A stretch of DNA of 64,000 bases from Vermamoeba vermiformis. Its lineage: Eukaryota. The number at the start of each line of letters is the position of its first letter. Positions within the stretch are counted from its first letter, which is position 1. The stretch lies in contig JBEWZL010000149.1 in the NCBI GenBank assembly GCA_045837725.1, forward strand, positions 1 through 64,000, in the 5' to 3' direction. Below are positions 22,291-35,844 of the stretch, one piece after another. The notes under the pieces were generated by a model. It did no database searches and was not told the DNA's origin. It was given only the letters and a program-made list of their open reading frames with translations. The position numbers were made by a program, and so were the translations under genes.

Positions 22291-22986
22291 ATGGCTGCTA
22301 AGGGTCCTCCTGGTCCAGTTAAAGCTCCTGTAAAAGTCGGTGCTCCTGGCCCTGGTACTCCACCTAAGGTCGGCGCTGGTCCACCAAAGGTTGGTCCCGG
22401 TGCTGGACCCGTATCTCCAAAAGGTCCATCTGGCCCCGGCGCTGCTCCTCCAAAGGTCGGCGCGCCTGGTACAGGTGTTCCCCCTAAGGTAGGCGCCCCT
22501 GGCCCTGGAGTACCACCCAAAGTCGGTGCTCCTGGTCCTGGCGTTGGTCCTAAAGTCGGAGCTGGACCACCAAAGCAAATCGGCGCTGGAGCTCCTGGAA
22601 CTCCTCCTAAAGTCGGTGCTCCTGGTCCTGGAGTTGGTCCTAAGCAACCTGGCCCTGGCGTTGGCGGTGCTCCTAAACAGGCACCTCCTCCACAAGCCAC
22701 GCAGCCCCCTCCAAAACCTGTATCTGCACCGCCTCCAAGCTCCTCGAACGACGACGACGATGACTGGGGAGATGATGAACCTCAACAAAAGCTCGAGTAC
22801 GAAATGGGAGAGGTTATTCAAGATTATATCCCCGAGAAACCTTTAGAAGAGTTGACGCTCATCAAGTACGACCTCGTCTACGTGTTCAAGAAGGGGCCCG
22901 GTCCTTTCTGGGAAGGCGAGACTAAGGGCGTGTATGGCAAATTCCCTGCTAAGTTCGTCAAGTTGCTTGGAAACGCCAAGAAGTAA
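22291..22986 (+). CDS. Pro/Gly-rich repeat protein with C-terminal SH3 domain
   Basis: PPKVGAPGPG repeats, an acidic DDDDDWGDD motif, then SH3 pattern DYIPEKPLEELTL...WEGETKGVYGKFPAKFV. Confidence 0.85.
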   Translation: MAAKGPPGPVKAPVKVGAPGPGTPPKVGAGPPKVGPGAGPVSPKGPSGPGAAPPKVGAPGTGVPPKVGAPGPGVPPKVGAPGPGVGPKVGAGPPKQIGAGAPGTPPKVGAPGPGVGPKQPGPGVGGAPKQAPPPQATQPPPKPVSAPPPSSSNDDDDDWGDDEPQQKLEYEMGEVIQDYIPEKPLEELTLIKYDLVYVFKKGPGPFWEGETKGVYGKFPAKFVKLLGNAKK

Positions 22987-23555
22987 TGCTTCGGTAATTT
23001 TCACAATTAATCGAAAAATAATCATTAAAAAATCAGATAAAATGCTGAATATTACGTCCATTTTACCCATTGCGAGGACGTAAGATTTAGCACGTTATTG
23101 ACGTGTATTAAATAGAAAAATAAACAAATTAATTTATAGAATATCTTTCCCAAAGATACGCAACCGAAAATCCTGACAACAACGGGAAAACACAATACAC
23201 TAACCAATATAGTTTATGTGATATTCATTTTTAGCATGAATACAGCGAGTTACTATTGGAGTATCGGCGAAAATCTTCGGCCAATCTCAGAAAATCTCGA
23301 TTGCAAGGTTGTGCCAATATTAATAAAAGGTAAAAGTGAATTACAGTAACCTTAACATTAGCTGTTTTTAATTCCCCGCTTTTGAAAGCATTCAGTAAAC
23401 TGTACAGATGAGATCGCCAAAGAGTCACGTGTAAATATCTCCAATTGCTATTCCAGTTCCTCACTAACAACAATTTTTGCAGTTCTTTTATTAATAACGC
23501 AGTGCAATACCTAATTAAATAAATCATGTCTGACACCGCTGTCGTGTGAAGTACT

Positions 23556-24601
23556 TTAGAGCTCAGTCTTGATATCTTCTTCAACGGGAACAGGGAGCTC
23601 GCCAGAATCAGCAATAGTGACAGTCTTAGAGGGCTTGCCGCTGCCACTACCTTGAGCTTCGATGGCCTTGACGACGTCCATGCCTTCCAAGACCTCACCG
23701 AACACGACGTGCTTGCCGTCCAACCACGAAGTGACCACAGTGGTGATGAAGAATTGTGAGCCGTTGGTGTCCTTGCCTGTGGAATGAATGAGCGGTGAGT
23801 ACACGCGTGCGTTATTAATTGTCTGTCAATCAATGCTGATATTTAACCGATGCAATGATGTGCACATTGCGTTGCCACACCACAAATAGATGCATCTGGC
23901 ACTACGACATGCAAAACAACACGTACCAGCGTTAGCCATGGAGAGCAAACCGGGCTTGTTGTGCTTCAACTTGAAGTTTTCATCAGCGAACTTGGCACCA
24001 TAGATGCTTTCGCCACCAGTACCATCACCGCGAGTGAAGTCACCACCTATTTGATATGTGGATCAGGAACAATTCCTACCACGGCTCAGATCAAGGCGCT
24101 GCTTACCTTGAATCATAAAGTTGGGGATAACGCGGTGGAAAGTGGAGCCCTTGTAGTGCAAGGCCTTGCCGCTCGAACCAGTGCCCTTTTCACCTGTTTC
24201 GGGTAAGTATTAAGTTTCGCCACGTCACAAATTGCGGATTTGAAAATATTTCAAAAATTGTATTCTAGCGTCGTATAAAATTAAAATTAATGCTAAAAAA
24301 AATAATGCTTACCAGTGCAAAGAGCGCGGAAGTTTTCGACGGTCTTAGGGACAGTCTTGCCGTACAAACCCATAACGATGCGACCAGCGGCTTCACCACC
24401 GATCTCAACATCGAAGTAGACCTTGTTAGTGATCTTAGGACCCTATAAAAAAATTATTTGAGTCATATGCTCACGTTTCTTCCAATTTAGCGAATTTCCT
24501 TCTCGATCGAGCTGGTTACTCACCTTCTTGGCCTCAGCGACCCACAAGAAGACAGTAGCGATGACGAGCACCGACAAAATAACGTTGAACTTGATAGCCA
24601 T
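23556..24601 (-). CDS. PPIB: ER cyclophilin (peptidyl-prolyl isomerase B-like)
   Basis: Signal peptide [77 protein letters not shown]-terminal KTEL. Confidence 0.93.
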
Positions 24602-24718
24602 GTGTTGCTCAAGCAAAAGAAATTCTAGCAAATTCAAACAAAGGAAAACGAATCTTTTAGTAGCCACAACAAGACTCATCTAATTTATACACATCAATGA
24701 CGGAGGAGAGGTAGCAAT

Positions 24719-27450
24719 ATGGATAATAATGATGGTTGCAAATACACACTGCGATTTCAAGACGCAGATGAGAGCGAGAAATACCAATCGATGGTTGTCT
24801 CGACGTATAATCGCGGCACTTTATTGAAAGCAAATTCAGCGTATTTTGCAATGCCTTTTCAACGAGGAACAGTCGGCAGGTAACAATCAGAATTACCGAT
24901 CGAAGTGTAAATTTAAAAATTAATTCAAAAGACTACTAAATGATATCTTTAACGCGCTCAATTATTTAATATTTATTTTTAGTAACCTCGCGATCATTGA
25001 TCAATTATTTACTGGCAACTCGTTCAATGACAACAAAGTGCCCTTGCTCTCTGGTAATTACACAGTCCCTAACCGTATTTATATTAATTAATACCCCTGT
25101 TAGGTCATAAGAACACGATCAATGACTTCAATTTTCACCCTTTCAACGAGAATATTATAGCCACCGGTAGCGAGGACAATACTACCAAAGTAGGGCGATT
25201 GTAATTGAACTAATCAACAATTTCTAATCATAATTGTGTTTGTGTTTTGTTAGCTGTGGAAAATTCCTGAAGTTGGTTTTTTTGACGATATCAACACTCC
25301 TGTGGCAAATTTAGCACTGAAACGCAGTGTTCTCGGGGTAAGTTGTCTCGTCTCTATCGATTCAACTACTCATCTCTAACGTGCAGGTCGAATTCAATCC
25401 CGTGGTCGATAATATTCTGGCAAGTCTGACTAAAGATAAAGTGCTGCATGTGAGCGACATTGAGCACGAATGTACAGTGGTTCGTCAACATAATTTGAAA
25501 GTCGAGGCCCTCTCACACTAACCTTGAACAGTTCTCTACGGTGCAAGTAGATACAGACGTGAGCTCATGTGCGTGGGATCACAATGGAGGACTCGTGGCA
25601 GTGTTCGGCAAGGCCATCAACATTATTGACCCGCGCAAGAAAGAAGTGGCTCTAGTACGTGTGCATTTAAGATTCGAATGCAGTATTGACGACGTGTTGA
25701 TTAGAAAGGACCTGGTCACGGAGGACCTCGCATGGGCTTCAAAGTACAGTGGCTCGAAGGATTAAATCGATTGCTCACGACGGGCGTCAATAGTCAGATC
25801 AATCGCGAGATTTGTCTTTGGGACTTGCGACGCGGTGACTTGGTGCAAAAGATGCACTCCGAAGAGATCGACAACAGCAGCAGCACATTAGTGCCCTTCA
25901 TGGACTCGAGCGCTGGAATATTGTATCTCTTTGGCAAGGTACGTTAGCCAGCTATACCATCGCAAACAGTTATTCTAACGACACGAAGGGCGATCGCATT
26001 GTGCACTGTTTCAGAGTCGAGGACGATTATCCGTACTTCACTCGTCTGGCTGATTATCAGACCACACAACCGATGCAATACGTTGCATTCATGCCCAAGA
26101 AGGTGCTTGATTTCTCGCACAACGAAGTGGCTCGATTCTTGAAGCTCGGACACAACAACATTGTGGAGCCTGTTCGGTGCTTTGTGGCCGACAAGGTACC
26201 TTGATGATTGCATTTGCCAGCTGAGATAATAACCTCAATTATAGGAGGAAACTAACTCGTCCGAACATTTATTCTACGAAGAGTTTTTCCCGTACTTTCC
26301 TGCAACAAAACCATCGCTCAGCAACAACTCGTGGATGAAAGGCGAACAAGCAACGCTCATCAAAAAACCTGTCACCGTTGGTACGTCCACTCAATTGACG
26401 AATTTCATTGGATCTAACCTTCAACCAGGGCTGTATGGCATTGGCGATTTTGCGGACAAAGAGTTCGCGGATTTGACGCTAGAATTCGAAGATTCAAGTC
26501 AGATCAAAGTTCATAAATTTGTCTTGTGGGCTCGATCAGCAAAGTTCGAGCAGCTCCTTCACTCCATTAATAGCAACCGACTGCCCATGCCTGGTGTGTC
26601 GGTAGGGCCACGAGATTAGTCGATTATTTTAAACTAATTGCTGTGGTTTAGAGAGTGATCTGCGAGGCGTTCTTGGGTTATTTGTACACCGACAAAATCA
26701 CAGTGAATCACGAAGACATCAACAGTCTCGTGCAGTTCGTAACAGATTTCGAGTTAAATGACTGGCGAAAAGAAGAGTTGTTGAAGCGACTAGACGCCCT
26801 GACAAGATACAAAATCGTGCCGTACAAATCAAGTTTTGTGGAAGATCTGAAAAAGACGTACAACAACGAACAGGCATTCCCAGACTTTGAGGTTAGGTTA
26901 GCTAATGATAATCACGTGCTTAAAGTCCACAAGGTAATTATCACGTAGTTAGTGCAATCAAGGTTATTAAACTCCAATTCAGAGAGTGCTTTACTCGCGA
27001 TCGACCTACTTTGAAACAGTGTTGACGAGTGGCATGGCCGAGGCTCAGAATAGCTTTATGACATTTGGTGATCTTTCGTTCGAAGTCGCCGAGCTCATTA
27101 TGCATTACCTCTATTTCAACGACGCCGACTTTGCACCGAACATTGTCCTTGACGTTTGGAATGCCGCGTTATGCTACAACATCAAATCGTTGCAGAATGA
27201 ATGCGAAGCTATTTTGAAATTAGCAATCGATGAAGACAACTGCATTAGTCTGCTATTGATAGCGCATCAGTACAATTCGCGACTGACGTATTTGCTCATC
27301 AATTACATCGTCGATAATTATCCCTACTTGATCACCAAGCCAGACGTGTTCAAAGAGCTGAGCGAAGATCTCAAAAGCAGGATTACAGAAAAATTACCAG
27401 CTTCGATGGATCAAAGCATTCGTGACAAATATATAAACATCGCTAAATGA
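24719..27450 (+). CDS. Coronin-like WD40 protein fused to tandem BTB/POZ(-BACK) domains
   Basis: Coronin motifs LLSGHKNTINDFNFHPFNENIIATGSEDNTTKLWKIPE and STLVPFMDSSAGILYLFGKGD. BTB motifs FADLTLEFEDSSQIKVHKFVLWARS and FPDFEVRLANDNHVLKVHK..LYSRSTYF. Confidence 0.8.
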
Positions 27451-27492
27451 GTTGCGAAGGATCGATTTATTATTACCCCACTTCAACGCTCT

Positions 27493-30400
27493 CTAGTTTT
27501 TGGCGTTCGTATTATTGGAGTTGTTATCACCCTCAATTACTGGCGTATTATTGTTCTTCACCTCAAGGTTACCGACACTGCCAGATCGCTTCAGCATTGC
27601 AGCAGACGACGATCGCACGAGTTGAGGCTTGTTGTCCTTTGTCATCACGACTGTGGTGTCTTCATTCACATCGTTGTTGCGAAGATACAATGCATGCTCA
27701 ATCGTGTTGCGAACAACGAAACGAACAATGGTGATTTGTTTTGTTTGTCCTTGTCTGTATGCACGACCGATGGCTTGTGACTCGATCGCCTGTGCCTCTT
27801 TCTTCGTGCCTGTCACGGGATCTGTAAAGAGACAAATTAGACATCCACTGTCAATTGATCATCTTCGTCATTGTTTACTCACCCATGAGAATGACATGCG
27901 TTGCTTCGACCAAGTTGGTTCCTGATGCAGCGTTCTTGAGCGACAACATGATCACTTTGACGTCCTCGTCTTTCTTGAAATTGGTCAATGCTTTTGTTCG
28001 CTTCCAGATATTTCTGCTCGATCGTCAATTAGAAAACTACTCAATCAACAAGACAGCGCCAAGTACTTGCCCTTCAACGAACACGTTGGGCACACCATAC
28101 TCTGTCAAGATTTGCGAAACATTTGTCAAGGTATTCTCAAACTGTAATATCTTAAGTAAGTAACATTGCTAGCAATATAACGGAGGCCGACTGACCTGAG
28201 AGAAGAAGATGACGCGACTGTCGGGCTTGCGTTCAAACAACTTCTTCAGATAGACAATCATTTGGACTAATTTGGTGCCATGCCGCTCAATGAGCTCAGC
28301 GTGTTCTTTTCGTACCTGTAACAAACCGCGTTAGACTGAAAATAGCAATGTGAAAGGAAACAAATACCCTGGAACCAGAAGGAGGCACTTTCAGAGCCAT
28401 TTCAAGGACCTTTTTGTGGTGCTCGAGAGTTGCCTTGGCTTCCACTAGTTCTTTTTTTCTATTCTCGAGCACTGTTAATGCAACTGCTTTTTTGAACGCA
28501 TCTTGCTCGGTATCGAAATATCTCTGCGCTCCTGCCAAAGCAGCGATTGCCTTGGGAACACCATGCTTCTCAGAGTACTCGAGGTCATTCTGATAAGAAG
28601 GAATAAGCGGCGCTAAACATAGTTTTTTCGACGTACTCTGCAATTGTTTATCAATGCGGCAAGTCTCGCATCAAGCGTCGAGGTTTGTAGCAAAGAGCCG
28701 CACATCCGAGATTGATCCTCTGAAAATTGCGTTAAATAAAAATAGGGATATTAGCATACTGTTTATGTACCTTCTTTACGTTCATTGGCATAGAGCACCT
28801 TCTCGATCTCGTCGAATTCAACCAGCACAAGATCCTCAACGTAATCTGGAATTTTGTATTCGCCTTGGACAGACGCCTAAACATGTTTTAAGAAAGAACA
28901 GATCAAATAAGCTTTAAGAGTAAATACCTTGGTGTGTCTCCAGTACAACTCGCGCAACATCAGATCCGTCATTAAGGTTCTAAGAAATCAATGTTATGCA
29001 CCCAATCAACTGCATTTGAGCGTTATTTGGACTTACTCTTGCTGTTGTGTGTACTGCTTGTAGCTGCTCTGCACGCCAATGAGTCGTTTCACGTACTTGA
29101 AGTGGTCGCTGCAAATGATTAGATCCGGTACTACTCGGTCACACTCGGTACTTACTGCGTCGGGAATGGGGTGCCAGTGACGTACCAAGCGAATCTGCTG
29201 AAGCACGTGCTGATAATGTAGTTGAAGTACGGCTTGGCCAAGTACTCGTGACCTTCATCGAGCACAATTCTGTGCCAGTAGAAATGTTCTAAAATAGGGC
29301 ACTTCTTCTTCATGCCTTGCTTGCTTCGCTTGGTCTCCTGCGTGAATACTTTAGTATCGTGATGAAGTTGGGCGAGACATGCTGCTGACCTTCAGACTTG
29401 ACTCGACCCATTCGGACCGCTCTGCCTCTTCGTGTTGACGAATGCTCGATCTTTTCTTCTCGCTCGACTCCAAGAAGAAATATTTGGGGTTTTCAAGGAG
29501 CTGGTACGAAGCAATGACGACGTCGTAATCTATAAAGTCTTGGTACGAAAACTTTTTCAGTTGTACGATGGTAGCTGCCACCGCTACTTTCAGCGTAGTT
29601 GCTTTGGTCAACTCGTCACTCCATTGCGTTACGAGATGATTCGGACATAAAACTGCACAACAAGTCAGACTTTCACGCCAAAATACACGAATCACTTACC
29701 CAATGTAGCACGAGAGGTTATCAAGGCACGGTGTTTGGGCAGTTTAATGGGAGGAGGACTCGCCAAGATCAATCCGACCACTATTCAGAAGTGAATAAGA
29801 CAAACCCATCATTGTAATTATTTGACAACTTACTCTCCAACGTCTTGCCAAGACCCATCTCGTCAGCTAGCACTGCACCCTTTGGCAGTGCAATATCAAC
29901 GTACTTTTCGAGGTCAGTGACGACATTCTTTCTCTGTTCTTGCAGGTCAAAGAGCAATTCAGTCTTGGCTCGTCTCCAAGGATACGCTGTGAAGTACGGA
30001 AGACCTGTGAAATACTGTTAGAAACAACCATTAATCGCTTCGCACTACTCACCGTCTTTGTTTTCTTCGATCGATTTCATCCAGGCAATTGCGTCAAGCT
30101 GATATTTGTACAACTTGATCTCGTCCTTGAACCCTTCAGGCTGTTGTTGTGCCGTGAGCGAGCGCTATTTGAAAGTGTTAAAATCCCGTGGCATATTTTG
30201 AAACGAACTTACTCGAGGAATGGAAGAGAATTTTGAAGAGCTAATGCTCGTCAGTCTTTGCAAGAAATCTGATTCCACCAACGGGTAGATCAGCTTCATG
30301 CCAGGAATGGCGGGCTTCTTATCCTTTTCGTGATAGCTGAACGGATCGTAACTGGCATCGAACTGCGCAATAAGTTCCTCCAACCTGCCAAATAACGGTT

Positions 30401-31472
30401 ACATTTTAATTTCAGAAGATCTATATGCATACCTTTTAATGTTGATCTCGATGTCGACAATCCACTGATCGTTTTCGGGCGTTGTATTTTTATAAGTATC
30501 ATAACCGCTGAGCTCTTTCACTTCTTCGGCAGTCGCTTTATGTATGCGGTAAGACCACAGCTCTGGATCAGAGTTCAATTGTACCCAGTCAATGGGCAGA
30601 TCTAAATGATGATTGAGTCGAACATTGGGGCGTTTCGGTTCGGCGTAGCGAACAACGAGGCCATCTTCATTGCGAAGCTCGAGTTTATCGTAGTATTTCG
30701 ACAAGGGAACTACAGTGACTGGTGCACCTGGATTTTCTTGCAAGAATTTGGATTTGTATTGTTGCAAAGTTGCAATCTTTTCATCAGCTGACAACGCCCC
30801 GCTTGCCATCATGAAACGTTGCCCTGTTGTGTCGAGTAATTTAGACGCGCCTCGTAAAAATTTAAACTTACCCTTGTAGTGATCGAAGTAAATGCTTGCA
30901 TCCTCCAGCAATACTATGGAATGAGCAAGATGCCAGCCCAATGATTGATCGTGCGTCAAACGAAGCCACTGACGACAAGTCAAGCCAACCGCGTGCAATT
31001 GCTTTCTTGTAAGACCAGTGAAGATTTGCAATACCAACTCGTCTGGAAGCGTGTACTCTTCTTCTCCCAAGGACTGGTAAGCACTGCTGTCCGCTGAGGC
31101 GAGGAGCTTATTGAGAGCTGTCACTTTAAGTTCGGACAAGTCGGTTTTTTTTCTAGGATTTAAAACTGCCCAATCATCCGCGTCTTCTGCGCTGTCGTCG
31201 TCATCGGCATAAGAGTCATCGTCGGCGTCGGCTGCTTTTTTCTTGGAATTATTTTTTGGCTCATCCGAGTCAGAAATATCTTCTTCGCTCTCTTCGCTTT
31301 CTCCTTTTTTCTTTTTTTTATTATTGGTCTTTTTTGGGACAGAAGAAGATTTTTTGGTGATTTTCTGCTTTTTCTTAGGTCGCTCTTCCTCTTCGTCCGA
31401 CGGATCGTCCTCTATTATCGCTACCTTGCGCTTTCTTGCTAATCTGTTAGATGTACGTGTATTTGTAAGCAT
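27493..31472 (-). CDS. F-box / SNF2-family helicase, paralog 1
   Basis: F-box TLPDELVLQIFTGLTRKQLHAVGLTCRQW; YKYQLDAIAWM, GAVLADEMGLGKTLE, WHRIVLDEGHE, AASGTNL, ESQAIGRAYRQGQ. Confidence 0.88.
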
Positions 31473-31605
31473 AATGAGTTCCGTTGGCGACCTGTGGTGT
31501 TTTGATCTGAAAAGAAATTAAAGTGCCGTTCACTTCGGCGTAAAAAAAAGTGTCAAAACGGCCACAAAAAAAAACATGACACACAGCTTTTATTTAAACA
31601 ATTGG

Positions 31606-34600
31606 CTAATCTTCCATAATGTTGTTATTATTGTTCGGCAAAACGTTGGTATTATTCACTTCCTCCAATGGTCTCGCAAAACTGCCTGAGCGTTGCAACG
31701 TCGTGTTAGTAGCGACGAGTGAAGTCAAGCTAGCTGTTTTGACGAGTTGAGGCTTGTTGTCTTTTGTCATCACGACTGTGGTGTCTTCATTCACATCGTT
31801 GTTGCGAAGATACAATGCATGCTCAATCGTGTTGCGAACGACGAAACGAACAATGGTGATTTGTTTTGTCTGTCCTTGTCTGTGTGCACGACCAATGGCT
31901 TGTGACTCGATCGCTTGTGCTTCTTTCTTTGAACCTGTCACGGGATCTGGAAAGAATGATCAGCGTGGCGATCAAGCGTTGTGTTTAGCGGAAACTTACC
32001 CATGAGAATGACATGCGTTGCTTCAATCAAGTTCGTTCCCGAAGCTGCATTTCTCAACGACAACATGATCACCTTAATATCATCTTCGTTGCGGAAACTA
32101 GAGATGGCTTTGTTTCGCTTAAATACGTTTCTACGCGAGTTGCATTAGCATTCGTATGAAGAAGATTTTTATCATTTTCGCCTTACCCTTCTACGAAAAC
32201 ATTGTCTATGTTGTGCTCAGACAAAATAGCAGAGACGCTGTTCAAAGTGTCGTTGAACTACGGATGTGTTAGCAAGGAATTACGAGACCGATGATGTGTG
32301 CGTACCTGCGAGAAGAAGATGACCCTGCTCTTCGGCTTGTGCTCGAATAACTTGCGCAAGTAAACGATCATTTGAGAAAGTTTTGTTCCGTGTTGAGAAA
32401 TGAGATCCGTAAGATCCGTTTTGTTCTGGTGTCCCCGGTTAGTTCATTTAGATACCAAAGTGATTACCCTGTTTGATTTCGTACCTTGGTACCTCTCTTC
32501 TTGAATGGCACGACCTTCTTAGCCATTTCAAGCACCTTTTTATCGTGCGCGAGCTGTTGTTCAGCCTCGGCAAGTTGGTCCTCTTGCTTCTTGAGCACAC
32601 TTTGCGCTAAGCTCTTCTGCAAAGTATCATTCTCAGTCTCGTATCGACGCTTAGAAGCAGCAACAGCCTTCACCAAGTTAGGAATAGACTTCTTAAGGCC
32701 CGGAATGGACCCTTCCTTGCGTGTAATCAGCTGTGCTAATCTGTCGTCCAGGCCCATGTCATGCAGAATAGATCCGCAAATACGAGATTGGGCTCCTGTT
32801 TAAATGTGTTAGTCTATTGATGCAACAAGAGACGACGACCACTACCTTCATCGCGTGCATCAGCGTATAAAACACTCTCAATCTCGTCAAAGTCCATCAA
32901 AACCAAGTCTTCAACACACTCAGGGATTTGATACTCGCCCTTCACTGTCTCTTTCGTGTGTCTCCAGTACAACTCTCGCAACAGCAAGTCAGTCAACGTG
33001 CTCCTAATAGATGTTAGGACAGTTCTCTCACTCTAAACAACATTGTAGACGTACTGTTTTTGCTCTCCCCAAGCATGGCGATTGCCCCAATAGTCATTGT
33101 GTTTTACTGGATCTGGTGTTTCTAGACCAAGGAACTCTTTGACTCTCGTGAAAAGGAATCTGACGAATAAATTAAGTACACTTGCATTACTACACGCAGA
33201 GATACTTACAAACTCGGAAACGGTGTGCCAGTCACGTACCACGAGAACCTGCTTTGGTAGGTCCCAATGACGTATTTGAAATACGGTACGGCCAAGTACT
33301 CGTGACCTTCATCCAACACCAGTCGATACCAATAGAAATGTTCCAGAATGGGGCACGTCTTACCCAGTCCACCGTTTTTGCCTGATTTGATTGTCTGCCG
33401 TGCGTTAGTAGCAATAACAGTGCTTAATAACTTGCCTCAAGACTAGACTCCACCCAAGCTGTTCGTTCAAGTTCTTGCTTCTTTTTAACGTTGGTCTTCT
33501 TAGCGACATTAGAGCCGAGGAAGAAATAATTAGGGTTTTGTAACAGCTGATAGGACACAATGACGACATCGTAGTTCGTGAAGTCTTCGTACGAGAACTT
33601 TCTCAGTTGAACAATTGTCGTGACCACCGCAACCTTCAGGTCAGTCACTTTCGTTAACTCGTCACTCCATTGTTTTGCCAAGTGATTAGGACACAAAACT
33701 ACGAACGCAAAGTTAGTACTAGCAATAGCTCGTTGATTTAACAATACCTAACGTAGCGCGAGAGGTGAACAACGTGGGGTGTTCCAACATCTCAGCTGGG
33801 GCAGGGTTGGCAAGTACAAGACCGATCACTGCCAGGATTAGTCGCTGTTTAGATTATAGTAATAAGTAACAACTTACTTTCCATCGTCTTGCCGAGACCC
33901 ATCTCGTCAGCGAGCACACCTCCTTTAGGCTTTGCTACTTCGACGTATGCTTCGAGGTTAGTCACAATTTCTTTCTTGGCAACGTCAAAGATGAGTTCAG
34001 TCTTGGCTCGTCTCCAAGGATACGCTGTGAAGTATGGGAGACCTGTGCAAGTCAATGTGAGAACACACGACTTAAACTTGCTATCGGTGTCACTCACCAT
34101 CTTTGTTATCTTCTACGGACTTCATCCACGAGATTGCATCCAGCTGATATTTGTAAAGCTTGATCTCGTCCTTGAACCCTTCAGGCTGTTGTTGTGCCGT
34201 GAACGAGCGCTGTTTAAAGTCAGTACATGAAGTGGAAGTCTGTCTCGTCGTACCTTAGGAATAGATGACTGTTTTGTCGAGCTGATCGTGTTCAGTTTGT
34301 CAATGAAATCGTATTGCACGAGATGGTAGATGAAATTCATGCCCGGTACTTCTTTTTTGCTTTCAACCAGTTGTTCCAGTCTAACCAAAAACATTACATT
34401 AGTGACCGTTATATTTAACAAAATGAGTACCCACCTCTTCACATTGATTTCAATATCAACGATCCATCGTCGTATGTCTTTGTATGCATCCGAGTCAGAG
34501 TAAGACATGTCCCTGGCCTCGTCGTCGTCGAATATTCCAGAGTCTTTGACTTCTTGTTTCGTAGCCTCTCTGATACGATAGCCCCATAAATCCGTGTTGT

Positions 34601-35738
34601 TATTGAGTGCTGTCCAAGGTATGTTATTGATCGTGTAGCGATGGAACTTGTAAGAGTACGGCACGAACAGCTCTGCTAAAGCCACGACATCGTCTTTCTC
34701 ATCTTGAAGTTGCATCACTTCGCCATATTCACCGCCTTCACCATCATCGTTGTAATGGAAGTGCCACGCGTTGCGAGGTTTGTGGAAACGAATGGTGACA
34801 GGAGTGCCCTTGTGCTTCGCCATGAACTCTTTGCGAACCAAGATGTGCAGCTGGTCCTGCTCATCCCAGTCGTAGTTGCTTATCTCGTCGCGCTTCTCTT
34901 GAAACTCTGCATACAGACGTTAATCATCACGAAGAAATTATCATCAAAGGTAGAACGTACCATCAAGTTGAAGGTAATATTCAACATTCTCCATTAGAAC
35001 GGTAGAATAGGCGTTATGCCAGCCCAATGACTGATCGTTGCTCAATCGAAGCCATTGACGGCATGTCAAACCAACGCCATACAGATCTCGGCGTCGTAAG
35101 TTTGAAAATATTTGAAGAATTAACTCGTCAGGCAACGTGTATTCTTCATCCTCCAACCTGTGATTATACTTCGCTGCCTCTCTAGTTGAGGTCAATTTAC
35201 GCAATGCTGCTGCTTTTAGTTCGGCTGGATTTGGCTTGTCTTCGGTAGAAGTCTGGACATTTGTATTGTTTTTCTTTGCCGGCTCTGATTTTCTCTTGGG
35301 TGATATTATTTTAGGTGCCTTTTGCTTTGTTAAATAACTTGTTTTCTTTGGGCGCGGTTTTTTGACCTCGATCTCTTCCGAACTTTCTGAAACTGATATT
35401 GAACTGCTTGAACTCTCATCGTCGCTTTCTTCTACTACGATTTTCTTCGTTGCTCTGGCAGTTGCCTTTTTAGCAATTTGCCTTTTTGGCGGCTTTTTTG
35501 CTGCTGATTTTTTTAATTCTTGATCTGATTTTTCATCTTCGCTGCTACTGCTCTCCGACGACTCTGCCTTCTTTTTTGTAATTTTGGCGATAGTTTTCTT
35601 TGCTGGCGCTTTTTTTATGACTTTTTTTTCAATTTTTTGTTTTTTCTTTGGTCGATCTTCTTCTGACAGATCTTCAACTTCATCGGCTTTTCTTTTCTTG
35701 TTAGCCAATCTCGAAGATACTCTTGTTTTTGGAGGCAT
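31606..35738 (-). CDS. F-box / SNF2-family helicase, paralog 2
   Basis: TLPDELILQIFSNL..CRQW; GGVLADEMGLGKTME; VLDEGHE; ESQAIGRAHRQGQ. Confidence 0.88.
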
Positions 35739-35844
35739 TTTGCAGCTCCTATGGTATCAGCCACAAGTTCGGAGAAAAAATGCAACGAAATTTTGAACAG
35801 CAATTTTAAATGACCGATGGTACAAGGTACCTGGTAAAATCAAA

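Noticed and set aside
22216-22821. Antisense ORFs over the Pro/Gly gene (and similar shadow ORFs elsewhere)
   Set aside because: They are shadows of low-complexity coding sequence on the opposite strand.
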